The position numbers and the translations under genes are program-made. Positions 38,707-49,205 of a stretch of 64,000 bases of DNA are shown here, piece by piece (the first letter of the stretch is position 1; each line of letters starts with the position of its first letter). The notes under the pieces are model-generated. The model saw nothing but the letters and a program-made list of their open reading frames with translations, did no database searches and was not told the origin of the DNA. The stretch lies in contig JANODK010000232.1 of NCBI GenBank assembly GCA_031412655.1, positions 2,855 to 66,854 of the forward strand. Reading direction: 5' to 3'. Source of the DNA: Chryseolinea sp. (GTDB lineage Bacteria > Bacteroidota > Bacteroidia > Cytophagales > Cyclobacteriaceae).

Positions 38707-40404
38707 ATGATAAATCGCATTATTCCACTTTTACTTGTCGGATTAGTAGTCGCTTGCCAATCAGTTCCAACCAAGAATATAGAAAGGCAAGTCGGATTGA
38801 TTTCCAATTCGGCTATGGTGGTCTCTGCACATCCGTTGGCATCTAAAGCGGGTGCCGATGTCATGCGCAAAGGTGGTAATGCTGTTGATGCTGCAATCGC
38901 TACACAACTAGCGTTGGCCGTGGTTCATCCATCTGCCGGTAATATTGGTGGTGGTGGTTTTTTGGTAATCCGACAAAAAGATGGAACACTCAATACATTA
39001 GACTATCGTGAAAAAGCGCCATCCGCTGCCACCAGTACTATGTATTTAAATGAAAGCGGTGATGTAATACCAGGCTTGAGTGAAAGCGGGCAACTCTCTG
39101 CCGGTGTTCCGGGAACAGTAGCTGGATTAGTTGAATCACATGCGAAATATGGACGATTGCCATGGAAGGAACTGGTTCAACCTGCGATTGATCTTGCCTT
39201 AAATGGTTTTTTGCTTACACAAAATGAAGCAAATGGATTGAACTACATTCAGAATGATCTTAAAAAATACAATTCGGTTTTACCTCAGTTTTTGATCAAT
39301 GAAAAATGGGAAGCAGGTGATAGCATTCGATACATTGATTTAGGTCATGCTTTAGAGCGCATTCGCGACAATGGCCTTGCGGGATTTTATGAAGGCAAAA
39401 CAGCCGATGACATCGTTGCAGAAATGCAAAGAGGTAAAGGATTAATTTCGTACGAAGACCTTAAGAATTACAAACCCGTTTGGCGTGCGCCAATTGTTGC
39501 ACCGTATAAAGAATATAAAATTATTTCAATGCCACCACCATCGAGTGGAGGTATTGCATTGACACAACTTTTGAGATCAGTAGAAAATTATCCGATAAAA
39601 GATTGGGGACATAACAATACAAAGACCGTTCACTTAATTGTTGAAGCAGAACGCAGAGCCTATGCGGATCGATCGGTTTATTTAGGCGATCCTGATTTTT
39701 ATGATGTACCTGTTAAACAACTTACCGATAACAAATACATTGACGAGCGCATGAATACATTCGATGCGAAGAAAGCAACGCCAAGCAGTGCTATAAAAGA
39801 AGGAGCATTCGTTCAGAAAGAATCGGATCAAACAACACATTTATCAATTGTAGATAAGGAAGGTAATGCCGTTTCGGTTACGACAACATTAAACGACAGC
39901 TATGGATCGAAAGTAGTAGTAGCCGGATCAGGTTTTATTTTAAATGATGAGATGGACGATTTTAGTGTGAAGCCTGGCGTTCCGAATATGTATGGAGCAG
40001 TAGGAGGAGAAGCAAATAAAATTGTTGCAGCAAAACGCATGTTGAGTTCTATGACACCAACCATCGTTGAGAAGAATGGAAAACTCTTTATGGTAGTCGG
40101 TACTCCGGGTGGAACCACCATTATTACTTCTGTTTTTCAGACGATATTAAACGTGATTGAATTCAAGATGACGATGCAGGAAGCAGTATCTGCCAAACGG
40201 TTCCATAGTCAGTGGTTGCCCGATGCAGTTTTTCCGGAAGATGATGCAATAGACAGTGTGGCGTTAAAAAATCTGGGAAGTATGGGGCATCAGTTTCAAT
40301 TCAGAGGAGAGATTGGCCGCGTAGACGCAATACTCGTTATGCCCGATGGAAAACTGGAAGGTGGTGCGGACCCAAGAGGAGATGATGCTGCCAACGGATT
40401 TTGA
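38707..40404 (+). CDS. ggt: Gamma-glutamyltransferase
   Basis: Lipoprotein leader. [17 protein letters not shown], and the autoprocessing site QTTHLSIVD (Thr nucleophile), plus GTPGG. Confidence 0.92.
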   Translation: MINRIIPLLLVGLVVACQSVPTKNIERQVGLISNSAMVVSAHPLASKAGADVMRKGGNAVDAAIATQLALAVVHPSAGNIGGGGFLVIRQKDGTLNTLDYREKAPSAATSTMYLNESGDVIPGLSESGQLSAGVPGTVAGLVESHAKYGRLPWKELVQPAIDLALNGFLLTQNEANGLNYIQNDLKKYNSVLPQFLINEKWEAGDSIRYIDLGHALERIRDNGLAGFYEGKTADDIVAEMQRGKGLISYEDLKNYKPVWRAPIVAPYKEYKIISMPPPSSGGIALTQLLRSVENYPIKDWGHNNTKTVHLIVEAERRAYADRSVYLGDPDFYDVPVKQLTDNKYIDERMNTFDAKKATPSSAIKEGAFVQKESDQTTHLSIVDKEGNAVSVTTTLNDSYGSKVVVAGSGFILNDEMDDFSVKPGVPNMYGAVGGEANKIVAAKRMLSSMTPTIVEKNGKLFMVVGTPGGTTIITSVFQTILNVIEFKMTMQEAVSAKRFHSQWLPDAVFPEDDAIDSVALKNLGSMGHQFQFRGEIGRVDAILVMPDGKLEGGADPRGDDAANGF

Positions 40405-40472
40405 TGAGTTAAGAATTTTAACATGGGAATAGTTGTAATTAAAAATTTTGTGCATCATTTCAATTTTGAGTA

Positions 40473-40970
40473 ATGGGAAAGAAATCCAGAATACGAAACT
40501 TATCAACACGGTTTCTTGAGGTGTATCGCTACGGTGTAATTTTTATTGGGACGCTGATTTTAGGAGCCATTATCTATTATTCCGTGGATCAGTTCAGTAT
40601 GAAACGATTTTTTGAAACATTTTATTTCCCAGCCTTTTGGGGATTCGTTATTTACAAATGGTTGGATGCACACAGAAAAGTATTTAAGGTAGAGTTTGAT
40701 GATGATTACCTCTATATCATTAAGCGCAATCAGGATATTCTCATTCCCCTGGAGAACATTAAAGACATCGAGATGAAATCGCTTGGAGGCATGTGGAGGG
40801 TGGATTTGATGTATGCTGATGTAATAGGGGATCACTTCTATTTTAAACCATCTTTACTTTATCCATTGAATTTTAGATCAAAAGATGAGTTGGTGAATTT
40901 GCTTTGGAAGAAAATTGAAGTTGCAAAAACGAAGAAGCAATATTTTACCACGAATGCACTTACTGCTTGA
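40473..40970 (+). CDS. Hypothetical two-TM membrane protein
   Basis: 165-aa ORF with two N-terminal hydrophobic helices followed by a soluble domain. Confidence 0.5.
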   Translation: MGKKSRIRNLSTRFLEVYRYGVIFIGTLILGAIIYYSVDQFSMKRFFETFYFPAFWGFVIYKWLDAHRKVFKVEFDDDYLYIIKRNQDILIPLENIKDIEMKSLGGMWRVDLMYADVIGDHFYFKPSLLYPLNFRSKDELVNLLWKKIEVAKTKKQYFTTNALTA

Positions 40971-41020
40971 TTTGATAATTTCGGAAAGTGAGTATTGATG
41001 ACTACCGCAAAGAGTAGAAA

Positions 41021-41050
41021 AAAAGTGCAGAGATTAATCTCTGCACTTTT
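41021..41050. terminator. Bidirectional terminator between convergent genes
   Basis: AAAAGTGCAGAGATT/AATCTCTGCACTTTT is a perfect inverted repeat flanked by an A-run and a T-run. Confidence 0.7.
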
Positions 41051-41076
41051 GTATTCACTACTGAATCGAGAATAGT

Positions 41077-42066
41077 TTACGGAAGGTCATCAATCAATGT
41101 AACCAGTTCCTCTTCGGTAATAGTGTGCAAATCACTATCACTGATTACCTCTATATGATTCTCAACAATGGTTGTGCCCTTCATCGCATAATGTATTTCA
41201 TCATCGATGATGCTGACCAGAATAATATGAACATTCAGTCCAATCGGAATTAATCCATAGTGTTCGGTGAATCGATTCGTTTCATCATCATATTTATCAA
41301 ATCTTCCAAGCGCTGTTGGTTCACCATCGTAAACAATAAACAAGGCGCAGTTTGTATTATCATAACCTTCTGGAACTTCAACAAAGATGGTAGTCTTCGT
41401 ACGTGGATCGTTATACCATTTATCAATATTAGTCCATCCGAATTTACTTTGAATGGCATAGTACGCTGAGAAAACTCCTCCGACATCCTGAAACTCACCA
41501 ATCTCTATCTTCCGATCTTTTTGTTCCACCCACACCATGTTGCAGGTATCGTTCTCACATTCTTCAACGCCATTGAACATATTCATTTCAACGTCAGGAC
41601 CTCCTGTATTATTCGTAGGAACAATGATTGTATACGTACTTTCAGGTTTTAATACGTTCCCATCTTTCGTTACGTTCACATAAAATTCTCCTCCAGAAAT
41701 GAGCACGTCTTTGTCACCATTATCTTTTTTTCCAATAGTTGCTTTTTGTGTAAGCAACATCGAAGAACGCGTATAAATTTCAATGAGTTCAATGTCGACA
41801 GTACCAGTCACCACTCCATTGGCCGCAGTTAAGAAAGCACTGGCAGGAAATTCAACAATCGTTCCTTGAGTGCCTTTTATTTGCCCGCCTGTGGTAGCGT
41901 CTATGGTAAAGTGTTGAGTTTTCGCTTCAATGTTTTCATCGGTCATAGCTTGAAGTGCAGCAGCATCCGGTGTTGGTTTTGCGGGAGTTTCAGAATCATC
42001 ACAACTGGAGAGCGCCATGAGAAGCAAACTAATTCCAATAGCGATTATTATATTATTCTTTTTCAT
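41077..42066 (-). CDS. Hypothetical lipoprotein
   Basis: Leader MKKNNIIIAIGISLLLMALSSCDD. A 329-aa beta-rich protein. Confidence 0.6.
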   Translation of the reverse strand: MKKNNIIIAIGISLLLMALSSCDDSETPAKPTPDAAALQAMTDENIEAKTQHFTIDATTGGQIKGTQGTIVEFPASAFLTAANGVVTGTVDIELIEIYTRSSMLLTQKATIGKKDNGDKDVLISGGEFYVNVTKDGNVLKPESTYTIIVPTNNTGGPDVEMNMFNGVEECENDTCNMVWVEQKDRKIEIGEFQDVGGVFSAYYAIQSKFGWTNIDKWYNDPRTKTTIFVEVPEGYDNTNCALFIVYDGEPTALGRFDKYDDETNRFTEHYGLIPIGLNVHIILVSIIDDEIHYAMKGTTIVENHIEVISDSDLHTITEEELVTLIDDLP

Positions 42067-42222
42067 ACCTGTGGATTTGGTTTTATGCAGATGGATAAGC
42101 CGTGATGATGATTAGTTACCAGCAAACATTGCAATTGTCGATGAACAACCTGATGAAGAGTTAGACGAACTGATCCCAGAAATGAGATTGTTTCCCAATA
42201 TTTTTCGTACACTAGTCGCTGA

Positions 42223-42318
42223 ACGTTAATCTGCCTGATGGTTTCGATGCTTACCATTGCCTATCATTCGTTTCGCGTGGCAACTACCGATCCGTTGAAG
42301 AGTTTGAGGTATGAGTAA
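42223..42318 (+). pseudogene. Relic of the C-terminus of an FtsX/MacB-type ABC permease
   Basis: The open frame TLICLMVSMLTIAYHSFRVATTDPLKSLRYE-stop matches the conserved last TM and ..NPVKSLR.E tail of Bacteroidota FtsX-like permeases. No upstream gene body remains. Confidence 0.5.
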
Positions 42319-42741
42319 TAGAATGCAGTTCACGCAGAGGCGCTAAGGAATTCCGTAAAGTTGGCAACTCAGTACTGCTAATTTCAGATAAATAACGCTC
42401 TGTTATATCTGTCATAGCAATTGTTATTATAGTCATAACCTCTGGTCGTACCTACCCTGTACTTTCGCTTTCGTAAAAGAAAGATGCCAACAGACCATGC
42501 CCAAGAAAAAGCCAACCCGCTATAAAGGTGAGATGGAAAGTCTACCGCAAAAAATGATTTATATCAATGTCAATCATCTTGAAAAGGGAGACTACCAGTT
42601 AGACATAATCCATAAAAACAAAGTGCTAATCCAAGCTGCATTTAAAAAAAAATAAGTTGAAGGGATGGCGATTTTGAACAATGGCAATGACGGAAAGATG
42701 GTAAAATGAGTAAATGGAATTGTAATTAAGTGAATAATGAT

Positions 42742-43233
42742 ATGAGACATAAAAAACTAAAAGTAGCTGTAACAATTTTGTTGTGCCTAGGTCTTACCAC
42801 GCTTTACTCACAAGTAGGTATACCGGTCTCAGGTGGCAATGCCACCGGAAGTGGAGGCTCATTGAGTTATTCTGTTGGTCAGATTGTTTATACCGCAGCA
42901 GAGGGTAGTAGTGGGTCAGTAGAGCAAGGCATACAGCAACCTTATAAAATTTCTATTATCACGGGTCTCGAAAGAACGGAGGGAATCACGTTGCAATATT
43001 CTGCTTACCCGAACCCCACTACCCACTCCGTAACACTTAAAGTGGAGGATTTCAAAACAGTAGAATTGACTTACCAATTGTATGACCTGACCGGAAAACA
43101 AATTGAAAACAAAAAAGTGAAGTCGAATGAAACCAATATTGACTTGAGCGATTTGACTCAGGCCATCTATCTTCTAAAACTGATTGATAACTATAGAGAA
43201 CTAAAAATCTTTAAAATTTTTAAAAGCAATTAA
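42742..43233 (+). CDS. Small secreted protein with a T9SS type-A C-terminal sorting domain
   Basis: Signal peptide. The C-terminus YPNPTTHSVTLKV..YDLTGKQI..AIYLLKLI..KIFKIFK is typical of Por/T9SS CTDs. Confidence 0.75.
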   Translation: MRHKKLKVAVTILLCLGLTTLYSQVGIPVSGGNATGSGGSLSYSVGQIVYTAAEGSSGSVEQGIQQPYKISIITGLERTEGITLQYSAYPNPTTHSVTLKVEDFKTVELTYQLYDLTGKQIENKKVKSNETNIDLSDLTQAIYLLKLIDNYRELKIFKIFKSN

Positions 43234-43245
43234 ACCAAATATGAT

Positions 43246-45339
43246 ATGAAAACTATTTTATCACAATTAATAAGAGTAGGCTCATTTATATTAATGCTTG
43301 GAGTTATGCAGACAGCAACTGCTCAAGCACCGCAGAAAATGAGCTATCAGGCCGTGGTTCGTACTAGTTCTAATGAACTTGTTGCTTCAAAAACAATAGG
43401 AATGCGCATCAGTATTTTACAAGGTTCTGCAACTGGAACTCCGATATATGTAGAAACACAAACACCCACTACAAACGCAAATGGATTAGCAAGCATAGAA
43501 ATAGGCGCAGGCAATGTTGCAACAGGTACGATGACTGGCATTAACTGGGCAGCCGGCCTCTATTTTATAAAAACAGAAACCGATCCTTCGGGCGGAACAA
43601 ATTATACTATAACAGGAGCAAGCCAGTTACTCAGCGTGCCCTATGCATTATTTGCTGCAAGTGGAAATCCTGGACCCATGGGCCCTACGGGTGCTCAAGG
43701 CCCTCAAGGTATTGCGGGCCCTCCCGGTTCGAGCAATGGCTGGGGAATAACAGGAAACGCTGGCTCTAACCCTGCCACTAATTTTATTGGAACTTCTGAT
43801 GATAAAGACATTATTATTAAACGCAATAATGTAAGGGCTGGATTATTGTCTTTAGAAAACACCTCTTACGGTACGAATGCTTTAAATCCGCTAAGTACGG
43901 GAAATGCCAATACAGCAAGTGGAAGTGGGGCACTCAAGGCTAACACAACAGGAGTTAATAACACGGCCATGGGATTCGGTGCTTTGCAGAGCAATACCAC
44001 AGGAGGCACAAACACTGCTATTGGAACAAATGCATTAGTGTCCAACACCATAGGAGAATTTAATATAGCAACTGGCGGAGCAGCTTTAGCTTTTAACACG
44101 ACAGGATCCAATAACACTACAAGTGGTGGGCGTGCTTTACAAAATAATACCATAGGAAATAACAACATCGCTATCGGATTTCAAACTATGCTAAGAAATG
44201 TTGGCGGCAGCAATGCCACTGCTGTGGGAGTGAACGCAATGGCTTACACGAACAACATCGCTACGTCATTTCTAAATTACAATGTTGCTGTAGGTTTTGA
44301 GGCTCTACGTGGTTCTACCAATGCTTCAGTCAATACAGGAAACTACAATACCGCTATTGGTTATCAATCACTTTTAAGCAATTCAACGGGAGAAAATAAT
44401 TCAGCAAATGGCTATTTAGCTTTAAGTAGTAATACTGCAGGGTCTGGTAACACAGCCAATGGATTTGGTACGTTGCAGAATAATACATCAGGAGGTGGAA
44501 ACACGGCCACCGGAATAAATGCATTAGTCTCCAACACCACGGGAGAATTTAACACCTCTACCGGAGCAGCTGCCCTAGCTTTTAACACTTCAGGATTTAA
44601 TAATTCTGCAAGCGGTGTACGTGCTTTACAAAACAACACTACAGGAAGCAACAACACAGCCAACGGGTTTCAAACTATGATTAAGAATACTACAGGGAGT
44701 AACAATACCGCCAATGGAGTAGAGGCCTTACGGGAAAATAAAGAGGGTGGTAATAACACTGCCTATGGATGGAATGCATTGTATAGCAATACGGGCAGTA
44801 ACAATATAGGTATCGGCTCACAGGCTGAAGTCCCTAGTGCCACAGGTAGTAATCAAGTACGCATTGGCAATTCAAGTATAACTTTTGCAGGTGTACAAGT
44901 AGCCTGGACGATCGGTTCAGACAGACGCTGGAAAACAGACATCAAACCATCTGACCTTGGATTAGATTTTATTAGGAAACTGAATCCGGTTTCTTACATA
45001 CGCTTAAACGATGATACTAAAAAAACGGAGTATGGTTTTATAGCCCAAGAAGTTGATGAAGCGCTTACTAAAGCGGGCGCAACCAGCAATGGCATCATTA
45101 CCAAAGATGGTACTGGCATGTACAACGTGCGCTACAACGACTTGCTCTCGCCCATGGTAAAAGCCATGCAAGAGCAACAAAAGATGATTGAAAATTTAAA
45201 AGTAGAAGTTGAGTTATTAAAAATTCGACACCAGTCAGTTGTTGGTAAGTTAGAAATAGAGAATGCTTTACTCAAATCAGATCATAATAGCCGCTTGAAG
45301 AAAATCGAAGAGCTGCTGAATGTAAAAGCGCAAAAGTAA
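43246..45339 (+). CDS. Tail-fibre-like protein: signal peptide, collagen-like GXY run, Asn/Thr/Gly-rich repeats, C-terminal S74 intramolecular-chaperone domain and coiled coil
   Basis: GNPGPMGPTGAQGPQGIAGPPG (43663..43734). Repeats of the NTA.G..AL..NTTG type. SDRRWKTDIKP..YGFIAQEV..VRYNDLLSPMVKAMQEQ is typical of peptidase S74 chaperone domains. Confidence 0.8.
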   Translation: MKTILSQLIRVGSFILMLGVMQTATAQAPQKMSYQAVVRTSSNELVASKTIGMRISILQGSATGTPIYVETQTPTTNANGLASIEIGAGNVATGTMTGINWAAGLYFIKTETDPSGGTNYTITGASQLLSVPYALFAASGNPGPMGPTGAQGPQGIAGPPGSSNGWGITGNAGSNPATNFIGTSDDKDIIIKRNNVRAGLLSLENTSYGTNALNPLSTGNANTASGSGALKANTTGVNNTAMGFGALQSNTTGGTNTAIGTNALVSNTIGEFNIATGGAALAFNTTGSNNTTSGGRALQNNTIGNNNIAIGFQTMLRNVGGSNATAVGVNAMAYTNNIATSFLNYNVAVGFEALRGSTNASVNTGNYNTAIGYQSLLSNSTGENNSANGYLALSSNTAGSGNTANGFGTLQNNTSGGGNTATGINALVSNTTGEFNTSTGAAALAFNTSGFNNSASGVRALQNNTTGSNNTANGFQTMIKNTTGSNNTANGVEALRENKEGGNNTAYGWNALYSNTGSNNIGIGSQAEVPSATGSNQVRIGNSSITFAGVQVAWTIGSDRRWKTDIKPSDLGLDFIRKLNPVSYIRLNDDTKKTEYGFIAQEVDEALTKAGATSNGIITKDGTGMYNVRYNDLLSPMVKAMQEQQKMIENLKVEVELLKIRHQSVVGKLEIENALLKSDHNSRLKKIEELLNVKAQK

Positions 45340-45458
45340 AAGTCGTCAATTCATATTCAATGTCGTTTTAAGCTTCGCTAACCTCATCTCTTACGGAGTG
45401 AAACTGCTTATTACTCTACCCAATTCAATTCAATGTTAACTTTTAAATTAATATCAAT

Positions 45459-46001
45459 ATGAAATATTTTCTTTCAGCCTTGCTCCTTGTCTTCACGCTT
45501 TTTCAAATGGCATGTGAAGATCAAATTAACCCATGCGATAATGATGGTGACGGAGTTTTATCACGCGACTGTGGTGGTGAAGATTGCAACGATGCGGATA
45601 AAACGGTGAGCTTAAGCGATGCAGATGGTGATGGTGTTGCTAGCTTTAATTGTGGAGGAAATGATTGTGATGACTTGGATGCAACCCGGTATCCGGGTGC
45701 GAGCGAGGTCTATGATGCGGCAGGTAATGATGAGGATTGCAATCAAACAACCTGTGGAGGTAGCGAAGTAGACAATGATGGTGATGGATATGGACTACCA
45801 TGCTTCAACAGAATTGATGGTGTTGATTATTGGAGTTATGTAGGTGATTGTGATGATACGAATGCGGCCATTTTCCCAGGAAGTCAGGTGTGCGGGCCAA
45901 AAGGTAAAATACTAATCTGTGGAGGTGACGGAACCTATTTACAAGTGAACTGTGGCACATGCAAAACACAACCCAATGGAACCGGTATTTGCCTTGATTA
46001 A
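45459..46001 (+). CDS. Secreted Cys/Asp-rich protein with repeated CGG.DC.D.D...PG motifs (MopE-like putative metal-binding motif)
   Basis: Signal peptide/lipobox LFQMAC. Three copies: DCGGEDCNDAD, NCGGNDCDDLDATRYPG, VGDCDDTNAAIFPG. Confidence 0.65.
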   Translation: MKYFLSALLLVFTLFQMACEDQINPCDNDGDGVLSRDCGGEDCNDADKTVSLSDADGDGVASFNCGGNDCDDLDATRYPGASEVYDAAGNDEDCNQTTCGGSEVDNDGDGYGLPCFNRIDGVDYWSYVGDCDDTNAAIFPGSQVCGPKGKILICGGDGTYLQVNCGTCKTQPNGTGICLD

Positions 46002-46257
46002 AATAGCATTACTTTGGAATTGAATAGTCAGATTTAATTAAGACTGCGGTATCTTCTTTGAATGCCGCAACGCTGTGTGTTTATTGAAGGGTTAGCGATA
46101 AAAGAGAGGGCAAATCAGATTTTTTTGGTTTGTCTTCTTTTGTTTAGCTCCAAAATAATACGGTGAATTTTGTTGCCATTTCACCCAAAAATCATATAAG
46201 ATTTAACACTAGCAGTTTTGCTTTTCAATTTGTTATTTTTATGAGACAACAGCCGCT

Positions 46258-49173
46258 ATGAGAATAATTTTATTGCATCTCTTTTTCTTATTCACTTCTC
46301 TATCAATGCTTGGCCAACCCCATAAAAAGATTGACTCAATCACAAAAATTATTGACAAAACAACCTCAAGCAGTGTAAAAGCTAAGGAATATTTAGCGTT
46401 ATCCGATCTTACAAAAAATAGTGATTCTATAAAGTTATATCTGAATGCTAGTATACAATATGCCCGTTTGGCAAAGGACAATGATCTAGTGTATAAGGGA
46501 CATTATAAAATGACACTTTGGTTGGAGAAAAATCAAAACATCGAAGCGTCAATACTTTATTGTAAGAATACTCTATCAGAGTGGAAAGGCTCACAAAGGT
46601 ATCAGGCTGCTACGTATTATGACTTAGCAGAAATGTACAAGCGGGCCTCGAATATTGACTCTGCTACTTTTTATGTTGACAAGGGAATTGAAATCGGGAT
46701 AGCTTCCAAAAAGCCGTATACCGTTGCGCGTGGTTATATGACTTTAGGTAATTATGCTTTTAACAAGTCGGATTATAAAGGTGCCTTTGAGCAATACGTG
46801 AGGTGTGATTCTATTTGTGAGCATAATGATTCTTTGAAAGTCTCATCCTTTCACGCAAAAGTTTACAATTATTTAGGGTATGCAGTGCGATTAACACACG
46901 GTTATGATAAAGTAGCCGAGTACTATTTAAAAGCGAAGGAACAATACATCAAATTAAAAGATAACACAGGAATTCAAGAAATAAATATTGGGCTCGGCCA
47001 ACTTTATACCAATCAGGGCAAATATAATCAAGCCCTTGCATTACTAAATGAAGCATTGGAGTTTCATAAAAATGCCACCCCAAGAAATCCTGATATCTAT
47101 ACCTATGCGCTTATTGCAAGGGGTTATTTTTTTGTGAAAACAAAACGCTTTTCCGAAGCGGAAAAAGATTACCGTGAGTATTATAATCTGGCATTTGAAG
47201 GAAATGAATTGACAATACAAAAGAGAGCTGCCGGGTATATGGGATACCTGTATAAAATGAAAAAGGACTATAGCCAGTCAGCATTTTTTTATAACAAAGC
47301 CATTTCACTTTATGGAAAGGAATACGACTACTCCAAACAGCAGATGTATGAAGAAATGATAGAGATGTATCAGGAAGCGAAGAACTATAAAAAATTAAGT
47401 GATACGTATGCTGAGTATATCGAAGTACGAAACAAGATTGAAACAGAGGCCAAAAACAAGGGCATCTTTGAATTAGAGAAAAAGTATCAAACTGAAAAAA
47501 AACAAAAGGAAATTGAATTACTCACGGCTGAAAACAAGCTTGCTGCCGCCAATCAGGCAAGGCAACGTAATCTTTTTGTTGGCTTATTTTTTATAATTCT
47601 TTCAGGGGCAGGTGCGTTATTTTACTCATATAAGAATAAAATTAAAACGGCTGAAAAGCTTAAAGAAATCAATCAGCTTAAGTCAACGTTTTTCGCCAAC
47701 ATCTCCCATGAGTTTCGTACACCACTCACACTTATTAAAAGTCCTCTGCAAAGTTTGCAATCCTCCCAAATAGACGAGGGGCAAAAAAGACAACTTCATT
47801 TAATAGACGTCAATGCCAATAGAATGTTGGAATTGGTAAATCAGCTATTGGCGCTTTCCAAAATAGATAGTGGTAGCTTAAAACTTATTCTAAAGGAAGG
47901 CAACTTGTTTTCTTTTCTTCATTCCATCATTGAACCGTTTGCTTTTCATGCGCAGGAGCACAAAATAAAATTTGAAATAAACATCGAAAAAAATAAAATC
48001 CCTCAGTTCTTCGATAAAGACATCATTGAAAAGATAGTAACCAATTTAATAACGAATGCTTTTAAATACACTCCTGAAAATGAGGTCATACATTTCTCTT
48101 CTTCGATTATCCAAAATCAATTGCATCTTACAGTTACCAATACCGGAAGTGACCTCACAGAAAAAGACTTGTCAAAATTATTTGAGCGTTTCTATCAAAA
48201 GAACGAAAATCTGCAAGGGATCGGGATCGGCCTTGCCCTCGTAAAAGAACTGGTAGAACTATATCAAGGAAAAATAGAAGCCACCATTAGAGATAGTGTA
48301 CTACATTTTTCAGTGACATTGCCCTTGCAGATCGTTGGCTCAAATGCAGTGGTGATAATAGAGGAAGTACATGAAAGAAACATCACAGAAACGAATGAAA
48401 TCAATAACGAACTGCCGATACTGTTGGTGATCGATGATAATCCGCAGATAAGAGAAATTCTTATCTCCATTTTCAAAAGTACATTTCAGGTTTTAGAAGC
48501 AGCTGATGGTGATATAGGATTAAAGATAGCACAGAAGGAAATACCCGATTGTATTATCTCTGATGTGATGATGCCAAAAATGGATGGTTTTCTATTTACG
48601 AAGTCGATCAAGGAAAATGAACTTACTTCTTTTATACCCATTATTTTATTAACCGCCAAAACTTCTGATGAGGCTCACCTGGATGCATTAAAAAGTACAG
48701 CAGATGCTTTTTTAACAAAACCTTTTAATCATAGCATCTTGCAAGAAACCGTAAACCAATTACTGCAAGAAAGAGAAAAACTTCGCCAACGTTACAGTAA
48801 AGAATTGATTCTAAAACCAATTGATATTGTAATCAATTCAACAGACGAAAGATTTTTGGATAAATTACAAAACCTCATTAAAGAACAGATTTCAAATCCC
48901 GAATTTTCGGTTGATGAGTTTTCTGAAAAAATGGGTATGAGTAAAATGCAATTATATAGAAAATTGAAATCTCTAATTGGAGTTTCGGTTACGGAATACT
49001 TGCGGAGTGAACGATTAAAGGCAGCAGGCATATTGCTAAAAAAACGAGTTATAAATATCTCAGAAGTAGCATACTCAGTAGGATTTACTGATCTGTCCTA
49101 TTTTTCTAAATGCTTTAAAGAAATGTACCATTGCAGCCCCTCTGAGTTTAGCAGAAAAGAATTAGACAGGTAA
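46258..49173 (+). CDS. Hybrid sensor histidine kinase/response regulator with N-terminal TPR repeats and a C-terminal AraC-type HTH
   Basis: Signal peptide, TPR region, TM, H-box FFANISHEFRTPL, HATPase (GIGIGLALV), REC (LLVIDDNP..SDVMMPKMDG) and AraC HTH (VGFTDLSYFSKCFKEMY). Confidence 0.88.
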   Translation: MRIILLHLFFLFTSLSMLGQPHKKIDSITKIIDKTTSSSVKAKEYLALSDLTKNSDSIKLYLNASIQYARLAKDNDLVYKGHYKMTLWLEKNQNIEASILYCKNTLSEWKGSQRYQAATYYDLAEMYKRASNIDSATFYVDKGIEIGIASKKPYTVARGYMTLGNYAFNKSDYKGAFEQYVRCDSICEHNDSLKVSSFHAKVYNYLGYAVRLTHGYDKVAEYYLKAKEQYIKLKDNTGIQEINIGLGQLYTNQGKYNQALALLNEALEFHKNATPRNPDIYTYALIARGYFFVKTKRFSEAEKDYREYYNLAFEGNELTIQKRAAGYMGYLYKMKKDYSQSAFFYNKAISLYGKEYDYSKQQMYEEMIEMYQEAKNYKKLSDTYAEYIEVRNKIETEAKNKGIFELEKKYQTEKKQKEIELLTAENKLAAANQARQRNLFVGLFFIILSGAGALFYSYKNKIKTAEKLKEINQLKSTFFANISHEFRTPLTLIKSPLQSLQSSQIDEGQKRQLHLIDVNANRMLELVNQLLALSKIDSGSLKLILKEGNLFSFLHSIIEPFAFHAQEHKIKFEINIEKNKIPQFFDKDIIEKIVTNLITNAFKYTPENEVIHFSSSIIQNQLHLTVTNTGSDLTEKDLSKLFERFYQKNENLQGIGIGLALVKELVELYQGKIEATIRDSVLHFSVTLPLQIVGSNAVVIIEEVHERNITETNEINNELPILLVIDDNPQIREILISIFKSTFQVLEAADGDIGLKIAQKEIPDCIISDVMMPKMDGFLFTKSIKENELTSFIPIILLTAKTSDEAHLDALKSTADAFLTKPFNHSILQETVNQLLQEREKLRQRYSKELILKPIDIVINSTDERFLDKLQNLIKEQISNPEFSVDEFSEKMGMSKMQLYRKLKSLIGVSVTEYLRSERLKAAGILLKKRVINISEVAYSVGFTDLSYFSKCFKEMYHCSPSEFSRKELDR

Positions 49174-49205
49174 CATACTTTGAATCTTCCAGCCCTACAC
49201 CCTAT

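Noticed and set aside
42063-42257. 64-aa minus-strand ORF
   Set aside because: It has no features and overlaps the plus-strand FtsX-tail relic. It sits in a decayed 660-bp gap.
42497-42655. 52-aa ORF MPKKKPTRYKGEMESLPQKMIYINVNHLEKGDYQLDIIHKNKVLIQAAFKKK, whose tail vaguely resembles a T9SS C-terminal domain
   Set aside because: It is too short and too weakly similar to call. It may be another gene relic in the same junk region, and I cannot support it as a gene.
43866-44663. Antisense ORFs 43866..44168 and 44412..44663 within the fibre gene
   Set aside because: They are open only because the repeat-rich sense sequence lacks reverse-strand stops. They have no independent signals.
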